Shown here piece by piece: positions 61,050 through 64,000 of a stretch of 64,000 nucleotides of DNA. Numbering within the stretch: position 1 is the stretch's first letter; each line of letters starts with the position of its first letter. Made by a program: the position numbers and the translations under genes. A model generated the notes under the pieces. The model ran no database searches. It was not told the DNA's origin and saw only the letters and a program-made list of their open reading frames with translations. Source of the DNA: Antedon mediterranea (taxonomy: Eukaryota; Animalia; Echinodermata); contig NC_092670.1 in assembly GCF_964355755.1 (NCBI RefSeq), forward strand, positions 30,616,388 to 30,680,387, in the 5' to 3' direction.

Positions 61050-63324
61050 TGGTATTACCCTAACACCACTCCTCTGCTCCAAGTTGCACGCACGTGTCTA
61101 CCGATACGTGTTCATACTGTGTATGATTTTGTTTTTATTTTTAAATAAATAAAACAAGAAAATACTATATAATAGTATTTTCATGTTTTATTTATTTTTA
61201 CAATTTTGGCATAATTTTACAAATTTGTGAAAATCGAATCAAACGAATTATACACCGATTTAATTGTTTTTATTACGTTTAATTTACCGTAAGCCCTACA
61301 TTATATTGCCGTGGGTAAATTACATCCCATTCATTCTTCAGAAAATAATCCGTATTTGTAATGCAAATCGGTTCTCTTTATTAAGTAGTTTTGGTTTTCC
61401 AGATATCTATATTTTAATCATTGTTTTTCCTCAAAGTGAACATATTAAATGAAAAAATGTTCTTGTGTAAAAGATAAGTATACACTTGATATTAATGTTG
61501 CTTTTGGTTATGACTAATTGTTTTTAATTTTTTTTTACTAATTTGATTCCTCAAAAAGTAGTCTGTAGTATTTATTTAATTTATCGTTTAAATGTAGGCC
61601 TACAAATTCAAAATCTTCTGTTTTTAAGGCTTTCTTTCTTTTAAAAGCGTCAACCTGCTTCGAAAATCTAATAATAGTCAGAATGTTCATATCTGGTGCT
61701 AATTGTACGGTAAAACACATTAAACATATACAAAATATGATGTGATGCATCTAGCAGAAACGGTAAGCGGAAAACAAATTTTAATATCTTATTTTTATCA
61801 TGACCATTTACAGTACACAAAGTTCGAAGCGGACGGGCGGCGTTTGAGCGGAAACTTGTTCAGGATAGATACAGATTATAAGAAAAGATACGCTTGTATG
61901 TGTAGTACAGTATAAACATGAATATAAATAGTTATAGCCGCATTTAACAGACACACTGCTCAAAACGAATCCTATTATGTACCGTAGTCATCGAAGAATG
62001 GGTTCTTAATATTTTTATAATAGATAATTCAACGGAATTTATTGAATTATAAACTTTATTGTATTATATTATTTCCAACACACATCCAACTGCGATGGCC
62101 AATTACAAGCTGTCAAAGAATATGATTGCTTAGGTATAGTGTCGGTGTTTCTGGCCCTTTTAGCCACAAAGTAAAGTGATATTTCGTGTTCGTATTTCTA
62201 GGAAATTATAAACAAACAATATTATAATAAGAATAAGAAATGTTTTTTATTTGTTTTATAATCACTTTATCAATTATTATAAAAGTATAAATTGTTTATA
62301 TATACTGTGTATATATACAGTAATACCCTGCACATGATACACAAATAACCAATACATGGTTAGAAAGCACTTAATTAAAATCGTAATTGCGATGACTGTT
62401 TTGTCTAAACAAAAGGATTATTATTTCATTTTGAAAAAATAAATAAAATATTGATATGAATTAATTAATAGGCTGTTCTTTGTAGAAACAAAAAAAGGTG
62501 AACAATAAAAGATATTTGAATTATTCTAATATAAAGTACGATATTTTGGTAACATTTAAGTAACATAAACAAGAAATAATAATTAAATCGTAAAAAGAAA
62601 CGTAAACAAGGCGTAAACAGTAAGAAAGAATGCATATACTTGTAAAGCGTTAAAGATTTATTGTCCCCCCAGAAATTCTTAAAAAATTTCTGTTTAATAT
62701 GCCATTTTAATGTCACTAATTGTTATCCACTTTGACAAAAAATTAGATCGAAAAAAAAAAGTGTTTACCTATTTAATTTAACCATTTATTTTGTAATGTT
62801 ATAGCCTAAGTGAAAACATTACTTTTTCCAGTTTTTTTTCTACAGAAATTATTTACTTTAATAAAGCTACAAAATAATCTATTCAAAGTCTGATTTTATT
62901 AATCTTTATTTTGCATGTTTTGGGGGGCCAATACATCTTTAATATTTTAGTAACATTCATAACACGTTTCGCTCTAAAATTTTAGAAATATAAACTAAGA
63001 AACAACATTTTTAAAGTGAACGTCATTAAAAAAAACAACAAACATTTTTTAAAACATTGAATATTACGTACTTTACCAATACGCATTGAAACCAACACAA
63101 TACGTTTATTATAAGGAGATATCGATTGGATAACTTCCGTCAAAATACATTCAAATTAATTCAAAATGATAAAAACAGAAGGTCTAAATTATTAGTCAAA
63201 CGATATTGTCTTTTCGTTGAATGGCATTCGAATTTGATTTTTCTGCCATCTTACAGTATTGTTATTGGTCAGATGTTTGGCCCTATACTCTTATGTAATT
63301 TGTACTTAATATTTGAGAGGAAAT

Positions 63325-63390
63325 TCTCGGGTTTGGCTCGAACCTACGACCTCCATATCACTCATACCTGTAGACCACCGAGTTTTCGCT
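63325..63390 (-). repeat. tRNA-derived SINE-like head
   Basis: Minus strand TGGTCTACAGG (A-box-like) and GGTTCGAGCC (B box). Confidence 0.4.
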
Positions 63391-64000
63391 GATGGCTAGA
63401 GGTTAGACTCAAGCACAAGTGAGCAGTGCGTACTGCACACCAACATGGTTGTAGCCTAATTGTATTAACTACTGTGGAGTAGGCTCAACTCTTGTATACT
63501 ACTATTCAACTCCCTGAGCCAAAGCTCTCCACATTAATTAAATACAAATTACAATAATGTTATTATACAATAACAATATTGGAATATTATTTGTATAAGA
63601 AATTAGATTATATACGTTAAAGAAAGAGCCTATTCCGAATTATTATTATTCTTTGCAAAGTTATATAACAAGTAATTGTGGTCAAGAAATAGTAATAGTC
63701 ATCACCCATGGTGTATAAGAGGTTATGCACGTACGCCACGCCACCCTCCTTATACTCTGCACATTTTATTAATATTAGTTATAATAGGTCTACATTTATA
63801 CAGAATTTAAATATAAAAAAGGTCTTAATAATAATTTGAATTATTAGGTGATCATTTAGAATAAAATGATCACCTATTGTTATTGTATGAAATCTTTATT
63901 ATTAATTTTAATTCTAAAACGTGCTACTAATTTATTTGTGTATTTATGTCATAAATAATTATTGAGATAAACATTATTTAATTAAAATTAATAATGCTCC

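Overview
AT-rich, repeat-dense eukaryotic (animal) genomic DNA. An echinoderm origin is my inference from the PKS motifs and repeat content. One host gene can be modelled with confidence: a 4-coding-exon, plus-strand type I polyketide synthase relative (33727-33952, 43652-45021, 45195-45291, 50533-51464; 2625 nt, 874 aa, all splice phases compatible). It encodes only a ketosynthase (KS) and an acyltransferase (AT). The KS has lost its whole Cys-His-His catalytic triad (DTACSS>DTASSS, EAHGTGT>ETCVTET, KSNIGH deleted) through in-frame changes. The AT keeps its Ser, Arg and His motifs (GQSVG, KRG, PFHS), and the ORF stops right after the post-AT linker. This dead-KS/intact-AT didomain is the best candidate for an undescribed system (a possible trans-acting AT or PKS partner), although a young pseudogene is not excluded. 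The rest is mostly nested mobile DNA: an esterase-ORF1 LINE with a duplicated ORF1/ORF2 junction, a decayed Gypsy element, Tx1/L1, RTE, Rex1, CR1/L2 and Penelope-like fragments, two inverted Helitron copies, a foldback element with ~1 kb arms, Academ, Harbinger, MULE-like and Merlin-like TIR elements, Helentron-type HINEs and a 31-bp satellite. All family assignments come from reading motifs by eye; no database search was run.
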